From Daphnia carinata (taxonomy: Eukaryota): DNA of 64,000 bases. The position numbers and the translations under genes were made by a program. This document shows positions 1-13,290 of the stretch, piece by piece; position 1 is the stretch's first letter, and each line of letters begins with the position of its first letter. Where the stretch lies: contig NC_081331.1 of NCBI RefSeq assembly GCF_022539665.2, forward strand, positions 2,046,001 through 2,110,000. The letters run 5' to 3'. The notes beneath the pieces are model-generated. The model had not been told where the DNA came from, ran no database searches, and saw nothing but the letters and a program-made list of their open reading frames with translations.

Positions 1-3000
1 ATCAACCTGCAGCTCACGAAGGGCTAGCGCCATCGTCCAAATTGCGTCGTAAATTTCGCCGTGAAATTCTTCGCTCGTGATGGTCGGAATCTGCATTCGG
101 AAAACACGATAACAATAACTGCTTCAGCAATTCGCAGTCATCGATGACAAGCAAAAGTGATTAGGAAACATATTCGAAGGGATATTTGACTGATAGTGCA
201 ATCGCCAAGCAAAATAACGCCATCCCAACGGAACCAGCACGCAATTTTTTTTCCAAATAAATCGCGATTTATTCCATTTGGCCTGAAACAAGATCTTTTT
301 CAACTTGTGCTTTGAACCTTTTTGGTCAATGGGAATATGCAATACAAGAAACAGTATGTTCTTAAGAATTTGAAAGGAAGCAAAAGAAACACACTTTGGT
401 CGAGATTTTTAAGTTCTTATTTTCTTTAGGATAGAACACAAACTTTTTAACTGTTTACTAAACGTTTTACTGATATAAGCTCATTACAACACCTCCCTAA
501 TCTTTTTTCCCGTTTTAAGCAGGGCCGCGTAGGATAGAAAAAAAGCATTTGAATCGGTCCATTCACATTACTTAGTGAGCCTCATAGTTCTCGCTTCGAA
601 TTATCAGTTCATCGTGCAAATTCAAGTTTAACAGATGAAAAGAAACAGTCGAACTGCTGTCTAATCTTTTAGGTAATACATGAACTAGACTTCACGCGAA
701 CACTTTTCATGATTGCAAGTTCTTCTTTCGACATATAGAAAAGCATACTTGAAAGGATGAAAAGAAAGCCGTCGGTGATATTGACAGGATGCGAGTACGG
801 TCGCATGAAGAAATTCCCTTCAATGACGGCCATCAAATCCTTCTTGCTGAATCGACTATCGCAAGAGGTGCCGTTAGACAATTCCATGGCGTGCTGGTGT
901 TGCAACTGCTCCAGCCATCGATCTGATCTGAAAACAGAGCCCGGAAGGATCCATACCTGTTTGTCGAATGTATAGCCTCAGCTTATCAGTAAAAACAATC
1001 TTTGAGAAAAAGAAGGGAAAAAAACTCATCACACAAGGAAAATGAAACGAGTTTCTTACGTGATCGGCGCCGTAAAGATTTCGACGGTGAACCTGTTGGA
1101 AATGGTGAAATACTCAGTTGTTGGGTTATACTGTGTTGTGTCAATATCGTCTAAGTTGACTGAACTCAAACTATCGGAAAACCGAGCAAGTGGGTCGTAC
1201 CTCACAGAAGATTGGGAGCGCCATGGACGGGGCGAAACTGCCAATGATAATGCGAGCATCGCGAGCCTGTCGTGGTTGCATGCGAAAGAGCGGAGGCAAA
1301 ACGAATCCATGAAAATGTCCTTGTATCAAGTCAATCTATATACTTTTGGCTGCCATTATCGATTATTGTAGAGTTTACATCGATCTGATATCTACTACAC
1401 TCAGTGCAATGCTTATTATGCTATGAAATGCAATCAAATTTGTGTGCAACGTCAGCTAACGTACTTGGAGAATTTCAAGAGTATCCGTCAATTCGTCGGG
1501 AGCAAAGGTCAGGCTGTTCGATACCGACGTATTGGCGTCCTCTAGCAGTGCGCTCAAGTCGTTGATCACCTGAAAATGTTGCGTTACAAACCTAAGCCAA
1601 TAGTGCTGAATGTTTGTTCTATCGTTCGTTATCATACCAGTGAATAATCGTCTTCGTTCTGCACGAGAAACGATACGCTGTCCCAGCGAAAGTGGCGCAA
1701 AAAAGCGAGCCGAGCGGCGTTGTGCGCGGACTCGACGGCGACGGTCCGGAAGAAGAATGGAAATTTCTGACGATCGCTCAAGCCGGCCGACGTTGCCGCG
1801 TGTGAGATCTGTTTTGCATTCAAATTGAGAAACATAAATATCGTGTTTTTATTTTTAGTTTTTTATGGCGGCTTTAAATTCAGTGCAGTTTTATGGATTT
1901 GAAACGCTGTATAGAGAGTACATTACGTCACTTTTCAGCATTATCTGATTTATACGCCTTACGTGTACAGGAATTCCTTGTTCTATCTTTTTCTTTTGTC
2001 TTATTGCTGACTCAAGCTTTCCTTTTTCTCCGCTAAGCCTGCATTCATCCACGCAGTTCTCTTCTGGTAAGATATTCATTTGTATAAACGGCAACCGCGC
2101 TGATGTATAGCAAAGAAATCACACACAATGCGTATAGTGACACCCCCTCGTTTTTCACAATTTTTTGTTCCGTTTCAGTAAACACGAACATCTTCTCCGC
2201 TTCAACAGAGAAAAAGAAAAAGGAAAGAAAGACTTTTGAACTTGCTTCAGTTCGATAAAGAGAACATATGGGGAGGATCGATGCGATGAATACGAATAAA
2301 AAGCTGACAGAGATTGTTCTCCCCGATATTGGACTTTGTGTACTGTGCAAATAAAAAATGCACAAAAAAATTATGGGGAAGAAGGCTAAAAAAAAAAAAA
2401 GATGAAATGCTTGATATAGTCCCACCTGAACGATATTCCAGTAGGAGGTAACGCTGGCAACGCTCTCGGTCACGTGTGAACAATGCGGCCCTAGAAGCAT
2501 AACGAATGGACGTCCAACACGCGTCGTGGGCTTTGATTTTGTCTTCGTGCTGCTCGACGAGGATGAAGAAGAGTCCTTAGTCGTATAAATGGCATGAAAG
2601 AAGGCGTCGACTCCCGCTCCCGAATCGCACTAGAAATAAGTAACATCAAAATGTCAGTATTCAACATTTCTATAACTGTGCGTCAAACAACGGATTGAAT
2701 CGATACAATTCACCAATAGGGTAAAATCAATCACCCAATTCAACAAAGGTTAAAGAAATCAGCACTAGCAGGTAACGCGTTTACGTACTAGACAAGTACA
2801 CATACATGACGTATAGGTGGATCTTTGTGTAGCTTAGGATAACACAAGAAACAAGTCTCAATGTTGGATGTAGGTTCATCTTGTTCTTGAACAAACAGAA
2901 ACTCCTTCGTCCGACTTCCGTCTACCGTTCTTTCCGCGAATGGAAAAACCTGAGAAGATTTGGTCCTATTCAATATTGACTCGCCTTGATTGGTTAATCG

Positions 3001-5636
3001 ATCGGCAGTCGCTGGAGGGAACATGTACACCACTGAGACAGGGAGAGAAAAGTAGAGCGCAAAGCAAAAGTCAGTCAAAGGCAGGACAAACTTTTCTGCG
3101 TGTGCCAGTGTCTTGTTTGGGTCTTCCTGAGAGTGTTTGCCACCATTCGGTTAGATTGCAAGTCAATAATTCTATCTTACGTCTCGCTAGATGAAAAAGG
3201 AAGGGTGCATGAGGGACAATGATAAAAAGGGCGAAAAAAGAACACACCAAAGACATCAGCTGAAGACACTGTTCGATTCTTGGGCTCTCTAATATCATAA
3301 GCCACGCCCTATCCGGTAAAGCTAAACCTTTTCTTCCTTTTGATAGGCAAATTTTTTTTCTCGCTACTCGATACTTTTTTTTTTAGACACAGCCACACAC
3401 CACAAAAGAAAAAGGCATGAGGCAAATGGACCTATACATCTACATCTTACGGTGACAGCCATGGATATAAAACCGCATAAGAGACAACGTCCGACGCTTT
3501 CTGTCCAAGCCAAGGATCGTCTAATAAATATTCGCCCATAGGAGAGTGGCAGGACTGTAAGGAATGTGTAAAGCTGTGCGTGGCACCAGCACCAAAAGGA
3601 GAAATCCTTGCAATTTAGTGCTACACAACAATAGCGCCCCGTTACGTACAATCGATTTGCCAGTCAAGCTGAAATCTCCATACAGAGTACGCCAAAGGCT
3701 CATTATCGATTTCGCGCTGAGGTGGACATAGCTTTATAGCATCGATACTTTTTTTCCCTCTGTATCACGCGAACAATTCGATTCTTCTCCCGTCAGGCCA
3801 AACCTGATAACGTCCCCACTACGATCACGTCATGAGAGCTGTGCGGAGCTTTGACATTTCGTTTTCAATTGATGATGAGATTCGTCTCATTACAAGGAAA
3901 AGCTATTAAAAATGAATGAATGTCCATACGCAACACCGCCACATCCATTTTTAAAAATGCTGTTTATTTCGTAAAGGCTTTCAAGTGTTACATCTTTTTT
4001 TATCAAAGCGTTGGAATTCAACTGTTTTCACACGTGAAAATTTCAGTGAAGAAGCTTGTTCTGAAAACACTACAGCCCGCAATCATATTTGCACAATTTA
4101 AAGTTGCGCTTGAAGGAAAAGTCACTTCTACGTGGTCGCAGAACAAGTACGTTGCACACGCTTTTCATCCTTAACAGGTGCATATGCATGATATCACCAT
4201 TCACCATGATTTACTTTAGATAAATGGCTGCCACGCGTCCGCGTAGGAAGCGTAACTATGACAACAAGTCTATTTCGGTAGTTTATGTATCGCATTCAAC
4301 TAATTGTACCAGCATTAACCTTTGGTAAATTTTTTTTTTAGTAGGTTCGTACCATCAACAAGAATTGACAAATGAAGGATTTAAAATGCTGTTTAGTTTT
4401 TTTTTACCCCATCTGCGCGTTTTACATGTATGACGTTTATAAATAGACCACTACTATCCCACAATTACAATGTACTCCGCGCATCTATTTTCTTGGCCAT
4501 CTTTCTTGTAGATAACTTGGGTCTTCTTCGTTTTTCAGGTAGGATATTACTCCTTATTTTGTAACGTACCCCCTGGCATTACACTGGAATTGATCTTTGC
4601 TCTGAGTATTATAGCAAGCATTTCTGTCTTCTTGTACCGACATGGACAATACGACCGCTGCATTCCTTTTAAAATAATCGAAAATTTTAGGGCGCTGCAA
4701 AATATATTTCATCCTGAGTACGCTTCCCCTATCAACCGTTTTTGCTATAAAACGAGTACAGCCTTATTACTATAAGCGGATAGCTAGGGTAGTATACCGA
4801 TATTTTCCAGTTCAATTGATCGAACAATCTAAATGCAAATTTATCCCAAAAAGGAAAGCGAATGAAATTATGGCTAGTTTTTCAGTTTGGATATCTATAG
4901 CATCGTTTTTTTTTTTTTTTTGCTTCATTTTTTATCTTCAAAATGTAAAAATTCTTTACAAGTACATTTCCCCCATCCTTTAAGGAAAATCAGAGCGAAA
5001 AATGAATAAAGCCCTACATCGATAAACTTTAAGATGGAATTAAATGTCAGACATGATAGAATGCCTCCGTTCGTATCATGTAGACTGTCTGCGGATCATT
5101 AAGACAGACAGACGATTGCTGAATCGATCTAAAAAAATATTTAGACTTACCCTGGAGTCATTGACTAGTAACTGAAGGTGGAAACCAGGTATCAGTTGAC
5201 GGGCGTTGACGTGAGCTACGGCCGTTTGAGCCGTTTTCAACAATGAGGTGCCATCGATGGTGCTGTCGCCATCCGAATGACCTCGGTTCACCTCCGTGGA
5301 GGATAAATCGAGTAGGGCCAAAATGGGTAGTAAGGTAACATTCCGGCCATGTCGTATATTGGCATAAAGGTCACTTGCCTCTCTCAAGGTTGAATTGTCC
5401 ATTATTGGAACAGGTGATGAGGCCCTTGAACTCGGCGACAATGAAGACGCACCAGAGGCTAATCTCCTGTCCCACCCTTGCACGAATCCATCATCCGACA
5501 CAGCACCATCCGAAACTAACAAGGAAGAGGACAGCTGGTCATTAGCCAAAGTTCGTGACCCTTGCGATAACAAACACAAAGCGAGCGCAAAATTAAAGAC
5601 GAAGAAGACGACGAACGAGCGCACGCATCGGCTCAT
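1..5636 (-). CDS. GABA-B-R3: Metabotropic GABA-B receptor subunit 3-like class C GPCR; N-terminal Venus-flytrap exons, gene continues beyond the left edge
   Basis: Signal-peptide-like start MSRCVRSFVVFFVFNFALALCLL (ATG 5636). Spliced exons encode CDSGAGVDAFFHAIYT, MLLGPHCSHVTESVASVTSYWNIVQ and SAGLSDRQKFPFFFRTVAVESAHNAARLAFLRHFRW, which match insect GABA-B-R3 as I recall it. Confidence 0.85.
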
Positions 5637-8369
5637 GGTTGCGCGACGCGGCGAAAAAGGCCGGCACCCGTCACCATGTCCGAAACCTTTCTGCAGCTCG
5701 TGCGCCAGTTCTAGCTGTCCTATGCTATTGCGGGAGTGAACGTTTTCACTTGACGATAAGAACAGAATGAGCGGCTCGCCAGGTTCGACGGATAGAGGGA
5801 GCCGCTTGCGAGCGGGACGACTAGTCTGAAACCAGCGCGCATCACGCCAGACGCCAATCAACGTTGCGATACACTGTCACGCACTGACCCGATTTGCACT
5901 TGATTAATAAAATAAGCCCTAACAATAACGTTGGTTAACCTAACTGTGTCAAGCTCAAATTTTCACGTTTCGTCGCTTGACGAGCGGCAAAAAGACGATC
6001 TGGGAGACCGAGGTGTGTCTACTTCGTTATATCTGTAGTAGCTGATGGTCAGCACGTGTCTGCTCCAGTCAAGGAACTTCGAAAATAGAATTTTTTTACG
6101 CACATTCAGTAGGAACAGAAATAGGGGGAGAAAATGTGCTTTTTCTTGGTTCATCTTCACGCTCTGAAGCCATCCAAAGACTGATTACGGTTCGTTATGG
6201 CCAGCTGCTGGTGGCCGTTCCGCAGTTTTTCATGTCCACCCCCTGTAGCGCGCACAATTCCGTTTGTATATACCAGCGCTGCATGTGACTCGATAATGTT
6301 TCTCTTTTGACATTATACATCACGTTCTCTGGTAACGAAAATCGAAATGACGTGCTCATCGTCAGCATGGTGTCTCGCTAAGATTCAAACTCAAATATCA
6401 CTGAAGGGAAATCATCAATATCGAATGAAAAAATAAAAAGCTTTCTAAGGATAAAAGCTAGTGGTAATTGGCAGAACATGATAAAAAAAAACGAGAAAAT
6501 CAGTGTGGGGAGGGGGAGGAAGTCAAATAAAAAAAAAGTCTTTATCGTGATCAGCTTTAATAGCGGAGTGAAAACTCTCGAGCGACAGACACACACAAAG
6601 AAACTTGAAGAGTTCACAATGGAGAGTTCACAATGGATGAAGAATGAGGCACGCGCGATGGCAGCGGCAACAGCAAAAATTCACGACTTTATTATAACGC
6701 AGTCAGCAAAGTGGTGTGCATTCATTAATGCGTAGCCTACGATGAATTAGGCCAATGTAGTAGCTAGTTCGGGCTCAACAATTGCGGTGGCACAACTCGT
6801 GAAAGTCAAAATTTTAATGGTTATATTTCATGATTTTCCTAAATCATTTTCTCCTCGTTTAAAAATGCGCCATTTTTGGTTTGAAAATGTGAAAAAGAAA
6901 ACATCGTGTACACGCATTATTATTAGTTTTCCGTTTTTCGTTTTGAGCCCTTATTCGGTTGTTGTGGCTAACATCGACTTGATCACGTCCCTTCCACACT
7001 CGCTGACGGAATTGAGAGCGAATCGAGTTTGCCGTCTTCTTTTGTGTTGCAGTGTCCCTCCGCGTCGTCAAGTGACCTGACTACATAGCCATAAGAAGAA
7101 GAAGAGGGACATAGATGAAAAAAAGAGAGAATAAAGAATGGATCCTCTTCTCAGCCTCTCAACACACACCCAGTAGAGCAGTATTACGATAGAGCTGCCC
7201 AACTTTCTTTATGGAAATATGCAGAAGACTAACTTCACTGTGCTGCTGCCCTTGATGTTCGGCAGGCCAACAACTTTAGTCATCTCGTATACGACAGTTT
7301 TCAGTTGGTATAAAACGCTGCTGCTGCTTTACTCTTCAATGGGCTTCTACGACTTCTTTTTTATCTTCTTGACGTGAGGGTCGAGATAGGGCACGCGCTC
7401 CATTCACGCCATAGCCTACGAGGCTACGTTGTTATGCCACTATGCATGGTAGTAGCATTGTAAAGTAACAGTCAACCAGCGAAAAAAAAAAGAATTGCAT
7501 TTACTCTACAAAAGAAGAACAAGATTCGATTGTAGGGATGCATATTCCGTGTATTGTGCATATCAAAAGAAATCCAAGTTCGATCGCTTTTCAACTGTTC
7601 GAAATTGCTTTACCACATGTTTTTTCCCCTCGATAAAATCAATTCCTTAATGAACGAAATTTTCAAATTCTTTTTTAGCCTTATGCACATTTGAAATAGG
7701 CAAATAGGACACAGTCCATCGGTATGTGGACGGCTTAATGGAAATCGTCTATTTTGACAGAACAATGCGGTCTTTGATTGACTATGGCTCCTTGTATGTA
7801 GAAGAAAGCTTACTACTAATGCCTTTTTTGTTTTCGACCCAAACAACTATTCGCTATTTATTTCTTCTTCATTTTTTTTTTCTGTGGTCTCGTCTTAGTT
7901 CGGATTTGCCGCGTGAAAATGTAAGATTAGCATTCCAACTGGCTCACTCGACTTGCTCGACTGGTTGTCTGTCTGCGGGAGGCTCCGAAATCTTTTATAC
8001 GTCGTGTATCTCGACCAAACTATGCGCTATTGAAATCCATATCAAAGCCCTTCTCGTCTTTTTCTCCTTGTAAGCTTGACATGATTGTTTTTTTCTTTTG
8101 TCTCCAAAAAGTTGTTAGTAGCGTACCCCTTTTTCTTTCTCCTTTAAAAAATTTTAAAGACTGAGAAAAAGAGATATGAAAAACTGGGAGCAGGCTTACT
8201 GTATTATAAAGGGGAGGAGTTGACTTCAACGGTGTAGGGTGTGGGCAAGTCCTGAAGATCCTGATTAGTGAACATGAAACTTGCATATTGTAGTACCATA
8301 GCTGGCTACCGTTGGTTGGCGAAAAAGACCCTTGGCAGAAGCAGCAGGAAACTTCCGTCGGAGGCAAAA

Positions 8370-8410
8370 TATAAAAAGCCCATCAGAGAACACTTTGACC
8401 TCACAGTTAA
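8370..8410 (+). promoter_or_regulatory. TATA box plus Inr core promoter of the first secreted-protein paralog
   Basis: TATAAAA at 8370-8376 with CAGT about 30 nt downstream, then a 5'UTR donor (AAG|gtaagg, about 8496). The same layout occurs upstream of the paralog. Confidence 0.6.
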
Positions 8411-8669
8411 GGGTTCATCGCCGTCAGTGCAGCGGTGAACTTCAAGAGGCTTTGACTTGTCCCTTTTTCCTTTCAAGCCACAGCACGTTTGCAAGGTAAG
8501 GTACTTTTTTAAACACTATACTATGTGGTTGCGATCGACTTTTCCTGCAAAAGAAATACTTCAGCGTCAACTTCAATCTTCCTAAGCCATTAGTTTCGTC
8601 GAAAAACAAAGAAGTTTTAATCGATTTTATCTCCTTTCTTTTCCTCCCTCTTTTTTGATTTATATCTAG

Positions 8670-9740
8670 ATGTTGAATTTAGTTCGATTCTTGGCAATGG
8701 CCTGTTTGATATTCAATGGAGTTCAAGCTGACGCCATTGAGTCATCCATGTCAGCCGATTCCGAAGTCCAGTCTTTGGCTAGCTCGTTCCGCTTTCTAGG
8801 CATTACCAAGACTATGGCTACCACAACTACTGTGGCCAGCATCCACACTGTTTATGTTCATCCCACTTGCTTAATCAAATTCCCCAACGTTGGGCCTTGC
8901 TCCAATACCCCGCCAACGACGACACCGACACCAACCACGACTACTACCCCCACCACAACCACGACTAAAGCACCCACTACAACCACGCAAAGGACAACAA
9001 CAACTAAGGCCACAACGACAACCTCAAAGCCTTGGATTCAAATTATTCCAGGCTCTTCACGACCTGTTTTAACTGGATCGGTCACGATTAACAAGGTTGA
9101 CCCACCCAAGGTGCAGGTGAATTTACCCAACTTTCTCGGTGGGGGCAGCGGAAGCAACAACGGTGGCGGTAGCGGAAGCAGCAGCGGTGGCACTAATCCA
9201 TCAGCAAGCGGTGGGCTAGGTGGCCTGTTCAACAAACCTCCTTTGAACGTTAACGTGGGGGGCAGCGTCTCGGCTTCCATTTCCACCGGTGGACGTCGTC
9301 GCCGTCGTTCTTCCCTGGTGGAGGAATCTCATATTCAACCATCTGCTGTCAAAATGTAAGCTCTATTCATGCCACATGTATAATTTTTTAAGTTAATAAT
9401 CCATTTGTATTTTTGGAATCGACGTAGAATGGAAATTACGGCCAGCCCTGAACTTCCTTTAAGCGACTCCATCGAACAAGATGTAATTGTTGAGACTTCC
9501 CTTGATAATGAGTACCAAGAGTATGCCATCGTTGGTCTCGATGATGTTTCTGGGCGGGCCTCTATGCCTTTCTTCGGTAAAAGAATTACCATCGTCAAGT
9601 TAGATCGAGTAACAGTCACAGAGGTCACAACTGTTACAACCGCCTACCCGATTACCAACCCCAATGACAGGGTCACCGTAGGCTACCTCGGATGCATTCC
9701 GGCCGATGCGCCCACTAACTTGCCACTCTGCAACCCTTAA
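8670..9740 (+). CDS. Secreted Thr-rich (mucin-like) protein of unknown family, paralog 1; coding exons 8670-9355 and 9428-9740
   Basis: Hydrophobic signal peptide, Cys pair, poly-Thr tract, Gly-rich linker, RRRRR site and C-terminal GCIP..LPLC. The phase-2 GT-AG intron joins the two ORFs in frame. Confidence 0.8.
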
Positions 9741-10406
9741 TTAAAAATTTTTAATTTATATTGTACTATGTATGTGCACCGTATACCTTTTTAAATAAAT
9801 GATAAAAAAAATTGTATATGTGTTTCTGGTTTTCTTCTTCTTTGGATTTCGAGGCTTTAGTATTTATAAAACCCGCTTACCGATTGATGAAGGACTAATA
9901 TTTTTGCGAGCGAAAATCATTACTCAAACCTTTAGATTCTGGAAATGTTTATATAAGTTCATGGGAAGATCCTAATTACAAAATCATGTTAATCGTGCTA
10001 CAAATGCCCTCCATGTCTTATTTCATAGCTCCAGCTTTGTTCTCTCCTATGTTCCCCTAATTTTAATTGTCGCAGGCTTTTCCTCAACATTACTTTACAA
10101 TTCCGTTAATGTATATTAAACCCCGTCTACCTACACGTATGCTACGAATCGATTCGCCAGGTGCCACATGAGCGGCTTAACTGAGGTCACTGGCCTTTTG
10201 TCATTAAAAAATCAAAAGGCATTTCAAAGGAACAAGGCTAAAGTTTTGCATCTACCAGAATTTAGAAGAGAACAGAGGTACCCTTATCCGTCATAAAGAA
10301 TTCATCAGAGACACTTGGCATTAAAACATTTAGCAAGAAAAGAGGGAGGAGATTCAGACAAACGCGAACAAGGTGGATCCAGAAGCGCATACTGTGGAGT
10401 TCACAG

Positions 10407-10442
10407 TATAAAAGCCAAATCAGTAAGCATTTCACCTCAGTA
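10407..10442 (+). promoter_or_regulatory. TATA box plus Inr (TCAGT) core promoter of paralog 2
   Basis: TATAAAA at 10407-10413, CTCAGT about 30 nt downstream, then a 5'UTR donor AAG|gtaaaa. Confidence 0.6.
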
Positions 10443-10559
10443 AGGACACTTTCCTTATCCGGTGTACTACATCAGTGGATCAAGGTAAAAATAGTTTTTC
10501 TTTGTCAGTAACTATACCACAATTATAATTACTTTTGTATCCAAAGAATTGTAATCGAG

Positions 10560-11585
10560 ATGATCAAACAGATGCCAGTTCTATGGCTTGTGGTTGCTTC
10601 TTGCTTCCTCTGCTCGGCTGTCGAAGTATCAAGCGAAATTGAATCATCCATCTCAAGCGATTCAACGAGTCAGGCCATGGTTGGCTCGCTGCGTTTTTAC
10701 GGCATTACCAAAACGATGAGGACCACCACAACTGTTGTCCACTTATACACGACGTACGTCCGCCAGACTTGTTTGAGTGTTCAGCCTGGAACGTCCGCGT
10801 GTTCCGAAACGACCCCACCAACCACAACTTCTACGACGACGACGACGACGACGACTACAACTACTCCTACACCCGTCACCGTAACGCCCGCCACTACAAC
10901 ATCCGGGACGACTGCTACTACAGCATCCACAACAACAGCATCGCCTTTTCAAATCGTAAAGGATCAATTCATCCCATCTGTTTCAGCGAACATCACCATT
11001 AACAAACTGACTGCTTCCAGTTTGAACCTTCCTCAACTATCAGCAATTGGATCTGGATTAGGTGGGCTCTTCAACAAGCGTCCAGCCAATGTCCAAGTTT
11101 CAGCCAGCGCATCAGCTACTGTCACCACAAATGGACGTCGCAGACGATCTCGCATTATGGTTGAAAAAATTCAACCATCAGCCATTAGACCGTAAGTCAT
11201 CAAACATTTACGCGTAATCACACGATTACTTATGTCCTGGCCGAACTAACATTCTTTTTCTTGGATTCTCTTCAAAAGGGTTGAAGTCACAGCTAATCCT
11301 GATATGTCACTGCGTGAGTCCATACAACAGGATGTGGCAGTGGAAGCCTCTCGAGCGGAAGAATATCAAGAGTATTACATCACCGGTTTGATGCCGCATT
11401 TTGCCGAACGAGCTCTAGGCATTAACCCAATCACAATTGTCAGATTGGACCCAACGACCATCATCGTTACGCAAACAGTCACTTCAAAGTTTCCATTTGA
11501 CAAGCCCTCCGATCGCGTTACTCTCAGTTATGGTGGCTGCGTACCTTCCAATGTAGTGGCAATGAATTTGCGAAATTGCCTCTGA
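10560..11585 (+). CDS. Secreted Thr-rich protein of unknown family, paralog 2; coding exons 10560-11191 and 11279-11585
   Basis: Same architecture and intron position as 8670-9740. Shared motifs RFxGITKTM, GLGGLFNK, GRRRR, IQPSA, EYQEY and DRVTxxYxGCxP. Confidence 0.8.
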
Positions 11586-13290
11586 ATTATCTGACATTGA
11601 CACTTATTCAGCAAAGGGGTTTGGAAGCTTGGAAATCAATTGCATTTATTCAACGGAGGGGAAATTATTTTATTTCGTTTTCAGCCTGGCAAGTAAGAAA
11701 CAAATCAAGAGCACTGAAACGGGAATTATCAACATAAGCATTTAAAAAACCATTTGAAATTTGGGAAAACTTCTTTGTATTAATTTGCAATGGATCAGCA
11801 AGTTAATAAACAAGAAAAAAATTACACGCTGCGAGTTGAAATGGAGGAGGCTTTAGATCATTCTTCATTAATAGAATCTAATGGAAAAAAATTGTGAGCC
11901 AACCATGAAAATTAATCAAGCTTCGTGATGAGCGAAGCAACTGCGTAAATGTAAGGCGATATAAGACGCCACTCCTTTGTGCGTAGGCATGTATGTCAAT
12001 AGGCGCACTCGTGGGTTAAAAGAACACCGTATATACAACCGGCCATCGTCATCAGCTATACTGTGTTGCTTGTGTTTGCAAACTGAAACGGTTGGAGTGG
12101 TGAAAGATGGCAAATATTGGAGAACAAGAATCATCATATATTATTTCTAGTCTTTACATCCAAAAGCTCTGTTCCCCACTCAACCTATACTCGTTGGTCT
12201 TTCTCTACGTTTATTTACTCAACATGTGTAGAATGCTGGTACACTTTTGTAGGTCAAGCCATCAACGCAGGAGAACTTTGTAGTACAAGTGCCCTTGCCA
12301 AAATAATTGCGTCCTGATTCCCGCAGAGGATGAAGGGGGATGAGTAAAAGCTGGCAATCGTATGGAATAAAAAAAAATTGAAAGAAAACTGAGACACCTT
12401 CCAGCGTATGGGGGAAAACATTGCACATTTTATTTTACTTGTTTTACTCAAAAAGGTATTTCTTAAAGGCTTAGTAGTTGCATTTAACATTATATGTTTT
12501 ACCCTTTTCAGAAATTTCTTGATTCACGAACTGTACGAACCGCAAAAAATTACCGAAACACAGGTTGGCACTCACAGGTTATACATACCGTAACGTACTT
12601 TAGAAAATGCGGGAATTTAAAGGTCACCTAACCATGTACCAGGTGAAGTGAGATGCGCGATCGAAAACAAATCATGCAAAAAAGGTTCTAGAGATTTCCT
12701 TAAATTTAAGAAATTTTCTCTAAATATGTTTGCTTTGCTCGATTGATTTTGAATTGCAAATTTAAAAAAGAAGAAAACGTGAAAGCTTTTGTTTTGTTTT
12801 CGTTTCGAGTTTTTGTTCTTGTCTTTTGAGCTCAGTCCTGCCCTCTCTTAAACAGATGATCAACTGCACTGTGGGAAAAGGAAATAAGAGACTGTATCGG
12901 GTGACTTTTTGGCCACACACGCAATGTAAGTCTCTGTATCAGTTTGGGGATAGATAATTAATCTCAGTTAAATAAGAACACAATTCAGTGCCATCAAGTG
13001 CACTGTACTCATTGTTGTGATTCGAAATATTTCATTCAGAGGTTTTTATTCGAAATTGTACGTTTTTTTCGGGGCAGTGTAATGGGTGGAGATTGGTAGA
13101 CGAAACGATGGGTTTTGACCAATAAAAAAGACCGCTGATATCCATGTGCTGAAGAAAGATTGCAGAGAAGAGTTGTTGTTGTTGAGGTGAAATTTTTCTG
13201 ACGGAGATTAGGTCTTCACTGCTTAAGCAAAATTTAATCTAAGGCATTTCTGAGTGCTAATGTTTAATATTACTTTTACTAGATTGTAAA

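Noticed and set aside
5395..5739. Antisense or overlapping ORFs from the track (also 35405-35671, 36639-37352 and similar)
   Set aside because: Shadows of GC-rich real exons or low-complexity translations without recognisable domains.
6610..6637. Direct 14-bp duplication GAGTTCACAATGGA x2
   Set aside because: Single local slippage or duplication with no associated element.
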